In this document: piece by piece, positions 10,749 to 23,068 of the stretch | How the letters are laid out: each line of letters opens with the position of its first letter | Position numbering within the stretch: the stretch's first letter is position 1 | NCBI RefSeq assembly: GCF_040938485.1 | Contig: NW_027271282.1 | Span: 62,001 to 126,000, forward strand | DNA from: Diadema antillarum | Taxonomy: Eukaryota | Reading direction: 5' to 3' | Length of the DNA: 64,000 nucleotides | Notes under the pieces: generated by a model | Database searches by the model: none | What the model was told of the DNA's origin: nothing | What the model saw: only the letters and a program-made list of their open reading frames with translations | Program-made: the position numbers and the translations under genes

Positions 10749-11165
10749 TTTGATGAGATTCCTTGATAACGTGAGAATCCTGCTGAATGAAAATACATGT
10801 AAAAAGAATTTGATAGACCCGTGAGCAAATCATGCCATGATTCAACGCATTAAAAACAACAACAACAACAACAACCATGTCATATAAAAATCGGTGAATT
10901 CAAGAGACATAATAAGCAAAGCAGCAAATGTTCAGCAAAAAAAAAAATCAAGAGAAAAAATCACTGTATTCGGTTTTATTCTCTTGGTATAAAGAAAAAT
11001 GAATATCCAGAATGATAACATATTAGTTGTTAGAAGTTGTCAGCAGAAAATGAAAGTCAACATTCGCGGTCTTCTGAATATTCTTCTATTCACAAGAGTC
11101 ACTGTGAGAAGATGAGAAATGGAAAAACGGTTAAAGCTTTACAGAGATACTTGTCTGTATACCCT

Positions 11166-13175
11166 TTAAAAGGGCATTGTACCGGTTTTTTATTTTTTTA
11201 TATGTTGTTCTTTTAATTCTAAAAGACCCAGCGGTGCAAACAGAATCAAAATTTCATAACGATTTAGTCCGTAATTTCATGTTGAAAATGGAAATTTTGG
11301 GGCGAGAATTATGCTAATGAGCTGACGAGCCCGGATGTCGTGATGTCACAGGTGCCAAATATATCACTGATTACAAGCCCTCGCATACGTGTGCGTTAAA
11401 TTGTGCCGAGTAGCAGACGACGCTTAGGCCCAATTTAGCTAGCAGGCGGCACTTGTGTACTGTCCTATCCATGCAGCTGTCTCAAATTTCGCTGAACCAA
11501 ATCGCACCAAAATTACAGGATATACTTCTAAGCATATTTCAAAATACTGTATTATATTTGAACGAAATCGGTAATCGAGAAGTATCAATATTGACGCCGA
11601 CTTTCAAGTTGTCACTCAAAAATAACTCACTCTTCGTGAGAGACCTTGGTAAACGCGACATGCACAATCTAGAACTGAAGTTAGCCGACTCGTACTGTGC
11701 GAATGGGAAATTTATGCAGGAACTAAATTTAAAAATGTCATGATTTTGGCGATTTATGTGATTTACGAACTTTATTTTTCATTCAACTTAGCTCAAATAA
11801 TTTATAAATTGATTTTTTGCTCCCGATTACTTGAAAGATTTGTCTCATGATGTTAGATGGCTAACTTCAGTCTGTGCATGAGCAGGCAAGTAGGGCTACT
11901 ACGCCGCGATCACTCTTTGTTTAGTCGTACAGAGCAGATTGTTTTTAGCGACGACAGTAAAGTCGATAACTTCACTTACGCTTCCCGACTGGCGATTTGG
12001 TTCCAATTAGCGTGAGCAAGTGGACATGAGCCATAAAATATTTCTTGTGATTTTGGTGCAATTTGGTTCAGTGAATTTTGAGATATCTACATGGATACGG
12101 AAGTAGTCTAGCACTATGCCTACACCAGCGCTTGGATCGCGAAGCGGCGGCACTGTTTGTATCTACGTGGTCAGGCCACTCTTCCGAGGTATGGGTCCTA
12201 CGAACTCCTACTAAAACTAGATCTAAGTTAGTCCTTGGTGTTAATACGACCACAATGAGATTTATCTCGACTACAAAAACATTGAAAATCCATAAAGCAG
12301 ATACCTTACCTTCAAAATTCAGCACAGAAACAACAGGGCCTGCAGCACAAGGGCCTAGATCTAGCGGCAACGCTAGACCTTGGAGTCTGGACTTTCATCT
12401 GGACTTTCTTCAAGTTCTGGCAGCAGGGGTATGTATTGCATACTAAACGTTTACGCTGTGCCTATTATTAGCGCTGTGCACGTACAGCTGTCGACGGGGC
12501 AGCGAGTAGAATCTTCTCGGTCCTTGACTGCTCACTAGTCCTAGTCCTAGTTCTAGTCTAGAGTCTACTGAGTGCCGTTTTCTTCTAACTAGGCGTAAAC
12601 CGTGATTACCGTTGACTATTTTTTGGATTTAGATTTTAAGAATCACTCAGTCCTCATCTTCGTTAGATAGTTTGAACTGTGATGTCGAATCATTATCGCT
12701 CATCATCAATGCATAGATAGTTAGTGCAACGTTACTTACACACAGTTTTCTATGGGCAGCACGTTCGGACAATGATGCCAATTTCATTTTGCATATCTGG
12801 AATATTCCCCACAGATTTTATCCAAATAAAAAGCTTTTGAAGAGATTCCTTTTAAAAGTTAATAAATATTGGTTAACATGTTTATTTCAGCTCCATATTG
12901 CAATTTTACTAAATAACAGTTTTTGCAGTACTTCGTGTGAGATTTCATCAGTAAATTGACATGTGTAGTTCGTTTTGCTAAAGTCGGAGGTTGGCACCTG
13001 TGACGTATGCCAAATTGTGTGGATCGTTCCTTGGCTTGCTCGTTTTCATTTTTTTCAAAAAATCATTACAGGCTTATCCTGGGTTTTAGAATCCTCTCTT
13101 TCCAGTTGTAGGCATCAAAAAATGTAGATTAGAATTATCAGACGAGTAGAAAATGTCAGTACAGGTTTCTTTTAA
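11166..13175. mobile_element. ~2 kb non-autonomous TTAA-target DNA element (Kolobok-like), specific to A
   Basis: TTAA at 11166-11169 and 13172-13175; weak AAG...TGTAC termini; B has an empty site with one TTAA at 47519-47522 and continuous flanks. Confidence 0.65.
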
Positions 13176-13533
13176 GTCGACGCTGGTTTCAATCCTACTT
13201 CGCCATCAGATGGCAACCAAACTTCCTTGTTTTTATTGAGTCACGGGTAGGTAGGTGCATTGAAAAGAGACAGTTCACAAGATGACATTATCAAGATTCA
13301 TCCGCGTAATGTGATGAGTCATCTAGTCTATCCCTTTTATCAATCTCACATGGTTTCCTCCCTGTACCTGATTCATTTGTTTGATTTCAGTTGAATTACC
13401 ATTGTAATTACCATCTCACACTTTTACTGAAGTTTTTCAAAGTTGGATTTTACATCTGTGTTCGATCATAATTATCAATATCTAGTATAAACAATCTAAC
13501 TTGCAGGGGAAAAAGCATGTTTCGACATAATAT

Positions 13534-13537
13534 ACAT

Positions 13538-13586
<49 letters not shown>
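13534..13586. repeat. (CA)n(TA)n microsatellite at the left edge of the TE nest
   Basis: Read directly; the homologous position in B is the (TA)-rich tract at ~47878-47935. Confidence 0.9.
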
Positions 13587-13588
<2 letters not shown>

Positions 13589-15087
13589 TTCACAACAGTA
13601 GGTCAATATAAACTCCGTTAGAGACGTAAATTCGACGAATTTTCGCCCATAGGGCTTTGTCAAGTCAATACATTTAACACTTTATTTTGAAGCAGATCAA
13701 AATACAATAGAAGATGCGTCGTCACTGGTAGCGCGTCCATAACAAAATGCGCACAAACACAAATAGCGCACAAGGGCGCACATACACAAATAGCGCACAA
13801 AGCAGGACGTCACAAAGAAAACTAGGAAGGTAAGGAAAATACAAGACGCGTACAAACTAGGACGTCACAAAGAACAAAGAGAAAACACGTCACAAAGCAA
13901 GGAGGTAGAAAATTGCAGATGAGAGAGAGAGATAGAGAGAGAGAGAGAGGGAGAAGGAAACGAAGATAAAAAAAGAGAGATTATTCCCTAACGGGGAAAG
14001 AACGAAAAGAAACATTCAGTCCATTGGGTTGAAGGCAGCCGAGGCGATGGATAAGTTGTTCTTCTCGTAGTTTGCGAACTTCGTCTGTGCCACCATGACA
14101 GGTCGTCATTACACCGATCTTCAGGTGATTAATGGTGTGCCCGGGCAGGTTGAAGTGCTTGGCCACTGGAAGTCCCGGTGTATTGAGCCTTACTGATCGG
14201 AGGTGTTCGGTTGCGCGATCTGCTAGTCTCCGTTTGGTCTCACCTATGTAGATCTTGTGGCAGGCTGTACAAGTGATCGCGTAGATCACATTCTAAACTG
14301 TACAGCTGAACCAATCGCGAACAACCCAGGTGTATTTAGGACCTTTGATGTGTGCTGCTCTATCCACATGGTTACATATGTGTTGCACCTTCTCCTTCCG
14401 CAGGGTTGGGTACCGCATCCCAAATCTGCTTCAGACTGTGCCTGGACCTTCAAACCCGTGTGGACCAACAGATCCCGCAGACTCCGGTCCTTCTTGTATG
14501 CTACGAGAGGAGGCTCTTTGAAGATTTCCTTGGTGGATGCATCTTCTTGTAAGATGTGTGTGTTGTCCATAATGGTAGAAACGAGCTTTTGCGTTGATGG
14601 GTGATATGTCAACACTAGTGGTACTCTGTCGCTGTTGTGTTGTCTCCTTGGCTCCAGGGCTTCTTGCCGGTTCAACCTAGAAACTTTTCTTGTCGCCTTC
14701 TTGACAACCTATTTAGGGTAGCCACGCCGTTCAAAGAAACCGGCCATTTCATGCGATTTCTGTTGGAAGTCTTCATCATCACTGCAGAGACGGCGGAGTC
14801 TAGTGAGTTGGGAGAACGGAATTGAGCGTTTACAGCTGAGTGGGTGAGATGATGAGTAGTTCAGATAGCAATGCGCATCAGTAGGCTTGTAGTGTACGCT
14901 TGTCTTTATCCGATCTCCTTCTAGGCTGAGTTCAATGTCCAGGAATGCGATCGAGTCCGCGGAAATTTCATGTGTGAATTTCAGTGAGTAATGGAAGTTG
15001 TTGAAGTGGTTGATCAGCTCATTTAGTTGTTCGAGGGAGCAGGATGCAACTCCGACGTAGTCGTCAATGTACCTCTTTAGAAGCCGC
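13584..15087 (-). mobile_element. Penelope-like element, 5'-truncated left arm (RT C-terminal part, GIY-YIG endonuclease, 3' pLTR)
   Basis: RYIDD...FLDI...SVHYKPTD..CYL.YSS.HP (ORF 14709..15215); VIYAITC..C.KIYIGET.R.L..R..EH...N (ORF 13981..14289). Confidence 0.92.
13632..13668 (-). ncRNA. Minimal type I hammerhead ribozyme with U3-A8 core variant in the Penelope pLTR
   Basis: ttgac UUGACAA a gccc uau gggc GAAA au UC|gtcgaa: stem I gac/gtc, 4-bp stem II, palindromic mini stem III. Confidence 0.7.
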
Positions 15088-17180
15088 CCGTAGACCCTCC
15101 TCCTACGGGCAATAAAGCATTTCTTGCAGAAGTTCCCGTCTCCTGACCGGCCAGATGACACCACCATCCTGCGCCTTGCGGAGCTGGTGCTTGGACTTTC
15201 CACCTTCCAGTTCAATGGAAATTTCTACCATCAGAAGAAGGGAGTTGCCATGGGAACTAAAATGGGCCCTTCGTAGGCCTGCCTTTTCGTATGCTTCATC
15301 GAGGAGGCAATTATAAGGAGTTTCGAAGGCCCCAAACCGCTGCTTCTAAAGAGGTACCCTGACGACTACGTCGGAGTTGCATCCAGCTCCCTCGAACAAC
15401 TGAATGAGCTGATCAACCACTTTGAACGGCGTGGCTACCCTAAATAGGTTGTCAAGAAGGCGACAAGAAAAGTTTCTAGGTTGAGCCGGCAAGAAGCCCT
15501 GGAGCCAAGGAGACAACACAACAGCGACAGAGTACCACTAGTGTTGACATATCACCCATCAACGCAAAAGCTCGTTTCTACCATTATGGACAACACACAC
15601 ATCTTACAAGAAGATGCATCCACCAAGGAAATCTTCAAAGAGCCTCCTCTCGTAGCATACAAGAAGGACCGGAGTCTGCGGGATCTGTTGGTCCACACGG
15701 TGTTGAAGGTCCAGGCACAGTCTGAAGCAGATTTGGGATGCGGTACCCAACCCTGCGGAAGGAGAAGGTGCAACACATATGTAACCATGTGGATAGAGCA
15801 GCACACATCAAAGGTCCTACATACACCTGGGTTGTTCGCGATTGGTTCAGCTGTACCGTTGAGAATGTGATCTACGCGATCACTTGTACAGCCTGCCACA
15901 AGATCTACATAGGTGAGACGAAAAGGAGACTAGCAGATCGCGCAACCGAACATCTCCGATCAGTAAGGCTCAATACACCGGGACTTCCAGTGGCCAAGCA
16001 CTTCAACCTGCCCGGGCACACCATTAATCACCTGAAGATCGGTGTAATGACGACCTGTTATGGTGGCACAGACGAAGTTCGCAAACTACGAGAAGAACAA
16101 CTAATCCATCGCCTCGGCTGCCTTCAACCCAATGGACTGACTGTTTCTTTTCGTTCATTCCCCGTTAAGGGATAATCTCTCTTTTTTATCTTCGTTTCCT
16201 TCTCCCTCTCTCTCTCTCTCTCTCTCTCATCTGCAATTTTCTACCTCCTTGCTTTGTGACGTGTTTTCTCTTTGTTCTTCGTGACGTCCTATTTTGTACG
16301 CTTCTTGTATTTTCCTTACCTTCCTAGTTTTCTTTGTGACGTCCTGCTTTGTGCGCTATTTGTGTATGTGCGCCCTTGTGCGCTATTTGTGTTTGTGCGC
16401 ATTTTGTTATGGACGCGCTACCAGTGACGACGCATCTTCTATTTTGATCTGCTTCAAAATAAAGTGTCAAATGTATTGACTTGACAAAACCCTATGGGCG
16501 AAAATTCTTCTTCTTCTTCTTCTGATTAAGTCTGCCTCCTTCAATAGACTGAAGATTCTTGCAGACTGGTGCTATTTACATTATAATACAATTTATTTAC
16601 ATATATTTACAAGCACACAGAAAATTTGACGAAAATAACTAGCCACTGTGATCAACCGTTAGACGGTTTCGAAATGATCCCACAAATGGCGCTGAAACAA
16701 TTTCTGACGACAGGGAATTCCAGTTCCTTACAGTTCTTGGGAAGAACGAATGCCGATGCGATTCAGTTCTCGAATATGGTACCTGATAGGAGTGTGGTTG
16801 CGAGGCTCTCGTCAACTGAGTAGCCTGTTTGATAATATAGTCCTGTGCTGAAAGAGGAGTAAGATTATTGTGTATTTTGTACATCATAATGAGCCTGTCA
16901 TTTTCTCTGCGCTGTTCCATATTGGTCTAATCAAGTTCTTGTAGCATTTTGGTGACACTCGAGGTGTTATGGTAGCGATTTAAAGTGAATCACGCAGCTC
17001 TTCTCTGGACCATTTCCACTCGGTGGATTAGGTTCTTGGTAGATGGGTCCCAAACTGTGGAAGCATACCCAACAATTGGTCGAACCAACGTTTTGTAAGC
17101 TGTGGCTTTAACATCAGAGTAAATTCGTCGAATTTACGTCTCTAACGGAGTTTATATTGACCTACTGTTGTGAATCTATA
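15088..17180 (+). mobile_element. Penelope-like element, right arm in inverted orientation (RT motifs B-C, 270-nt internal deletion, GIY-YIG, pLTR interrupted by a LINE)
   Basis: 15103-15420 reads ...FQFNGNFYHQKKGVAMGTKMGPS*ACLF...KRYPDDYVG; ORF 15738..16175 is GIY-YIG; terminus cctactgttgtgaatctata mirrors 13582-13601. Confidence 0.92.
16508..17120 (-). mobile_element. 5'-truncated L2/CR1-group LINE fragment with (GAA)n tail and 6-bp TSD
   Basis: KATAYKTLVRPIVGYASTVWDP...VQRRAA*...SFFPRTVRNWNSL (two in-frame stops); tail seen as (ttc)n at 16508-16522; aaattc at 16502-16507 and 17121-17126. Confidence 0.88.
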
Positions 17181-18415
17181 CTTTCTTAGGACTCCGAGCA
17201 GAAAGTAATTATTGCTGTTATTCATATATATATATATATATATATGAGATTAAAACCTAAAATGGCATCAAAACGCTTTATCCTGGCGAGGAAATTAAGC
17301 GCATGTTTAAAAAAGAAACAAAAACCAAACATGCGCTTAATTTCCTCGCCAGGATGAATATATATGGGCCGTGACGCGAGAAAAGGGCCCTTAGGGCATT
17401 ATATGATGCAATATTTGGTACCCTGGGGTACCAAATGAAAATTCGCCATTTTGTTGAATTATTTTTTTTTCAGCGCTGTACCCTGGCTTACCAAAAAAAT
17501 GTGTCAAAATAATTTTTAGTATTATTATGCACAAAAATGTTTTCTTATTTGTGATTATGCAACAATTAATGCATGCAAGTGTACTTCGAAAGAAACTTAT
17601 GGTGCTAGTTCATTGCGACGACTTTGCCGTATCCGAATTCGGAATCGGCGTATCTGAATTCGGATACGCATTATAAATAATGGGCATGAGATGGCGCTAT
17701 ACAACGCGGTACCCCGGGTTACAACGGTACCCCGGTGTACGGCGTGCCGAATCATATACCGAAAATGAGTTTTCACCTCCATATTCAATTCAATTCAAAG
17801 GTTTTATTTTCACTTCTTTCAACAGAATGTACAAAAAATATAAATTCGACATACGTTTGAAGGAATGATACTTAGATAGCAAAGGATAGCATTTGTCAAT
17901 AATCATTACAAATTTAGGCATTTTTCATACAGACATATTTATACATTCTGCCAAAAAAAAAGTGGAGGTACCCACTCAAAAGACTATGCTTGTACAACGT
18001 GGGCACCTCACAGGAAGAAAAAAAAAAGGTGAAAACTTAACTACAAGTGTGCGGGATGAAAAGAGAAGTGGAAAAGGGGAAAGGGAAGAAGCATAAATAC
18101 AAGTAAAGAGACGAGACAACTAAGAACAAAAAGCCTAGATCAATCGGTACATTCAAGATCAAACCAACAGAGACTATTAGCCATATTAGAAGTGTAGAGC
18201 ATTAAAAGCGACGAGAAAGTGATATATACAATTGTATGGAATTGCTGATAGCAGAACGCATTATCTGTTCTGTGAAGGCACGTGAGTTTGCAATAGGAAA
18301 AACAGGGGATGCGTTGCGGAATTCCGCGAAAGACGCGACCTAACAAGCCTATGAAAAATCAATAGCATCCTGGTGCTTACAAAACCTACTTACTGAAAAA
18401 AATAAACAAACAAAA

Positions 18416-21400
18416 TTAATTTCTTTCTGTTACATTATAAGACTTAAGAAGGAATGATTTCAATCTTTTTTTGAATGAAAACAAAGAAGGAGCATTTTTT
18501 ATGTCTGGACTAAGGGAGTTCCAGAATCTTGGGCCTGTATATATAAATGTCTGCTGAGCTAAAACCGTTCTAAGCAGGGGCAAATGAAATTCATTAGACT
18601 GTCTTGTTGGGTAACTATGGTATGTCAGGTTACGAGGAAACATAGAATCGAATATAAGCGGAAGACAGTTATTATTATAACTATACATAATTGTCCTAAA
18701 TGAAATAAAAACAAATCCTTAATTTTCAGAATCTTATTTTCAGAAAACAAAGAAGCTGTATGAGAGCAAGGAGCGGCATTACAAATGATTCGAAGTGCCT
18801 TCTTTTGTAACAATAAAACCCTATCTAATAATGTTTGATGCGTGTTTCCCCATGCCAAGATTCCGTAATTTAAATAAGGTAGTATCAAAGACGAATACAG
18901 TATGAATAATGAATGTTGGGGAAGAAACAATTTGAACCTGTTAATGACGCCTATATTGCGCGAAATAATTTTACAAACATAATCTATATGAAATTTCCAA
19001 GAAAGTTTATCATCTACTGTGATTCCAAGAAATTTTGTATATGAAACACATTCTAAAACAGTGTCATCAAAATAAATATCCATATTCAAATTATCTAAAG
19101 TGTTACTAAAAAACATATACTTGGTTTTATTGATATTCAGGGACAGCTTATTAGCTCGTATCCAATCTCGTAAATTTTGTAACTCCGCATTTACTGTGTG
19201 CACAAGAATATTTGGATCTTCATGTGAATAAAACACATTTGAGTCATCGGCGAAAAGTATGAATGATAACACTTGGGAGGAAGCACATAAATCATTAATA
19301 TAAACAATAAACAACAACGGCCCCAATATACTACCTTGTGGCACGCCACACATTAATTCTCTCATATCAGAGTTATAATTATTCATTGAAACATATTGTT
19401 TACGATCAGTTAGATAACTCCTGAACCACTCCAAGGCCTTCCCACGTATACCATAGTGGGACAACTTATAAAGCAATATATTATGATTAATAGTGTCGAA
19501 GGCCTTGGAGAAGTCCAGGAAGATACCGATCAAATGAGAGTGATTATCTAAAGCATGTGCTACTTTATCAATAAAATTCAAAAATGCATGAGAGGTGCTA
19601 TGCTTTTCTCGAAAACCAAACTGGGAGTTTGTCAGAACACAATGCGTCTTCAAAAAATTCATTGTTCTTTTATATATAATTTTCTCTAAGATTTTTGATA
19701 TACAAGATAATAAAGAAATAGGTCTATAATTACTAATATCCAGGTTGTCACCATTCTTAAATATAGGAATAACTTTTGCTATTTTCATTTGTTCCGGAAA
19801 CTGACCGTTTGACATTGACAAATTGAAAATATACACCAAAGGATCCACAATAGAATATATTGCTCCTTTTAAAATCATATTGCTTATATCATCATAACCT
19901 GCACTTTTTTTATTTTTCAAACCAGAAACAATATCAACAACCTCATACCTAATGGTAGGAGTAAAGAATATAGAATGTGTATTATACTGATTCAAAAAAT
20001 CAGTAAAATGTTTATCAGTATTGGGAATTTCTTGAGCAATATTTTCTCCAATAGTTGTAAAATATTTATTGAAAATATTTACAATATCTTGAGAATTATC
20101 AATAATCTTGTCATCAAATCGAATTTTTGATATACCAGAGATTTCGGTAGATGTATTCATAGCTTGTTTTAACACATTCCACGTACTTTTTATATCATAT
20201 CTATATCTCTGCAATTGCTTATGATAATATTTTTTCTTTTCTATACGTAATATTTTTGTGAGGGTATTTTTATATGATGTGTATTTCAAACGTGCTTGCT
20301 CAGTACTTTTCATCTTAAATGAATAAAACAATTTATTTTTTCTATTAATAGATCGCAAAATGGACTTTGTAATCCAGGGAAGCCTTGGTGTTGTTTTATA
20401 ATTCCCCCGTTTGTATTTTCTTTTGGGAATACATATATCCAAATGAATATTCAAAACATCAAAAAAAATATTCAAAGACAAATTAATGTCATCTGTATCA
20501 AACACACATTCCCAATTAGCATTATCTAAAGAAGCACAAAAAGAAAACAAATTTTCTTGAGTTACTCTACGCCTTTCCTGACGATGAAATGAATTAACAT
20601 TAATATGATTATACTTAAAATGCGTCATAACAGGAAAATGATCAGTAATATCAGACAAAATTATAGAAGAATCTGGGAGAGTTAAAACATTACAAAAAAT
20701 ATTATCAATCAAAGTAGCCGAATGACTAGAAACACGAGTTGGTTTGGAAATAAGGGGTAAAAAAGAAGAGGATAAGAATGTATCAAGGAATTCACTTGGT
20801 ATATTGTCTGTTGTATGTTTTAACAAATCAATATTAAAATCACCGAGTATAAAGGACTCTGAGTTAGCAAATAAAGGATCTGTGAGCAACTCGGTGAGAT
20901 ATGATAAAAAATCTTTGTTATTAGAATTTGGAGGTCTATAAATGATACCTATCACAATATTTTTACTACCAGGAACATTAATTTGAACAAAAAGGGACTC
21001 CACAATGTCATTCATTTTACTCAACTTTTCACAAACAATACATTCAAAACTGCTTGAAACATACAAGGCAACCCCACCACCAGAACGATCGGGTCTGTTA
21101 TTCACAAAAACATTATATCCTTCAAGCGAGAAAGATCGTTTGGGGCATGAAGATAACCACGTTTCAGTTAGTCCTATCACAGTAAATAAAGGGTTATTTG
21201 GGTTATCCAATAATAACTGTAATTCATCAAAATGCTTACTTAAACTTCTTATATTCAAATGTATCAACGAAAATGTGTCTTTACATAAACCCTTACGAAT
21301 TTCTTTAAATTGATTCATAGTAACATAACTACATAATGGGGCTTGGGTTAAATCATCAAAATCATACTGCATTTCTTCAGCTGTTGAGTTCATATTATCG

Positions 21401-21540
21401 GCAACTAACTTATCATAAAAAGATGTATGCGAATTAGAAACATCATCTAGGAAATCAAATTCTGGTGTAGTAGGTCTAAATAGATCAAAAAACTCATCAT
21501 CCAATACGGAACGAAAAGGCGCATTTATCCCCTCAGCCAT
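18416..21540 (-). CDS. LINE ORF2: APE endonuclease plus reverse transcriptase, with one -1 frameshift near 18690
   Basis: HLNIRSL, GLTETW, GGGVALY, GIIYRPP, GDFNIDL, SATLIDNIF, SDITDHFP; YRPISLL, FLDFSKAFD, GVPQGSILGPLLF, FADD, FLG; C-terminus continues in ORF 18416..18688. Confidence 0.95.
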
Positions 21541-23068
21541 TTTGAATGAGAAATTCTCTGACAATTGAGCGCGCAAATGATGCTAACAGGAAGAAACCAG
21601 CATAGGCATAACAGCAAAGTCGACGCGGCAGATACCGCACCGGATTCTGCACAAAGTGAAAAGGTAGGCTGGCGCCATGTGTGACAATGAAGGGTAAGTG
21701 CCTCTCACGGGCATACAAACAAAATGTTCGGGCTAGTTGGCTGTCAGCAAAACCAGGGGTACTAGAGTAGTTAGAGGCAAGGAAATAAGAGGAACAGTGA
21801 ACAATCAAGAAAACATAAAACATGGCTAATGTCTCTGTAGGCTTACACTTCGTTATAAAACACAACATACATAGAAAAGAAGAGAACAAAATGTTGAGAA
21901 TACACATAATGGACAATGATCTTACACGATACACTACAGTACAGGTAAATTTCTCGTATGAAACGAGGGTGTAATCCCAGTTGCGGGTAGAGCTCCCGCC
22001 AATAAGTGCTAAAAAAACATCAACAGCTGATTTATAACGAGATACACGGAATGAGGTAGGCCTTTGTGAAAAGGATAAAAAAGAGAGTGGGATAATCGAT
22101 CAAGAGGGTGAATAGTGAGCGAGCATTATCAGAGCACCTTGTATTTTGAAAAGAAATAAGTGCGGCGGGGAGAGTCTCGTCTCAGTGGACTTGAAATATG
22201 CAGAATGAAACCGAATAAACCCAAGAGCTTCAAAAGGGTAAAGATTTGAGAGACTTTGACGTATTCAATAAAAACAGAAGATCAGGTTAAGAAAGATGTG
22301 CATATATCATGAAATAAAACATGTACATCTGAGCAATTTATCGACGTGTTGACATCAATCAGCGATTTTTTTATCAATGTGCAGCTGTTCAAAAACTTAC
22401 TCAACATCAGGGTCAAGGACTTACGTAAGACATAATATGAAGAAAGAAAAAAAAATAAGAAAGAGAAAGAGAGAAAAGAATGTGTAAAGGGAAGGTGTCA
22501 GCAAGTAAAACGTATAGAACCGCATACTTCCGAACTGGGTGTGGACAAAACATCACCAATTGAACCCGGTAATCTGCTACATCGACAAAGACTTAACAAG
22601 GATAATGAACTGAGGGAATTTGATCTGTTCCTAACTTGTAACAAGACAAACAAAAATCGGAGAAAAATTCCTGTGACAGGGAACAAAACGTTTGTACTTG
22701 AACATTGAATCTATTAAAGGGAATGTGTATCGGTTCAAAAACTTGCTAAGCATTAGCATTTAGTCAGAGGACTTGCGTAAGACAAGAAACTTGCATATCA
22801 AAACGAGTGGTAAGTGTAGAATGAATGCTAGACAAACATCAGCAAGAAAGAGAAAAAATGTACATATATTTTGTGATAATGCACGTAAAGCTGAATATTC
22901 TGTCGATGTGTTGACATAAATCAACGATTATTCTATCAGTGTGCAGCTGTTCAAAAACTTACTTAACTTCAGGGTCAGGGACTTACGCAGGACAAGAATA
23001 TAAAGGAAAACAGAACAAAAGAGAGTGAGAAAAAAATGTTAGAAGGGAAGGTGTCAACAAGTAGGATA

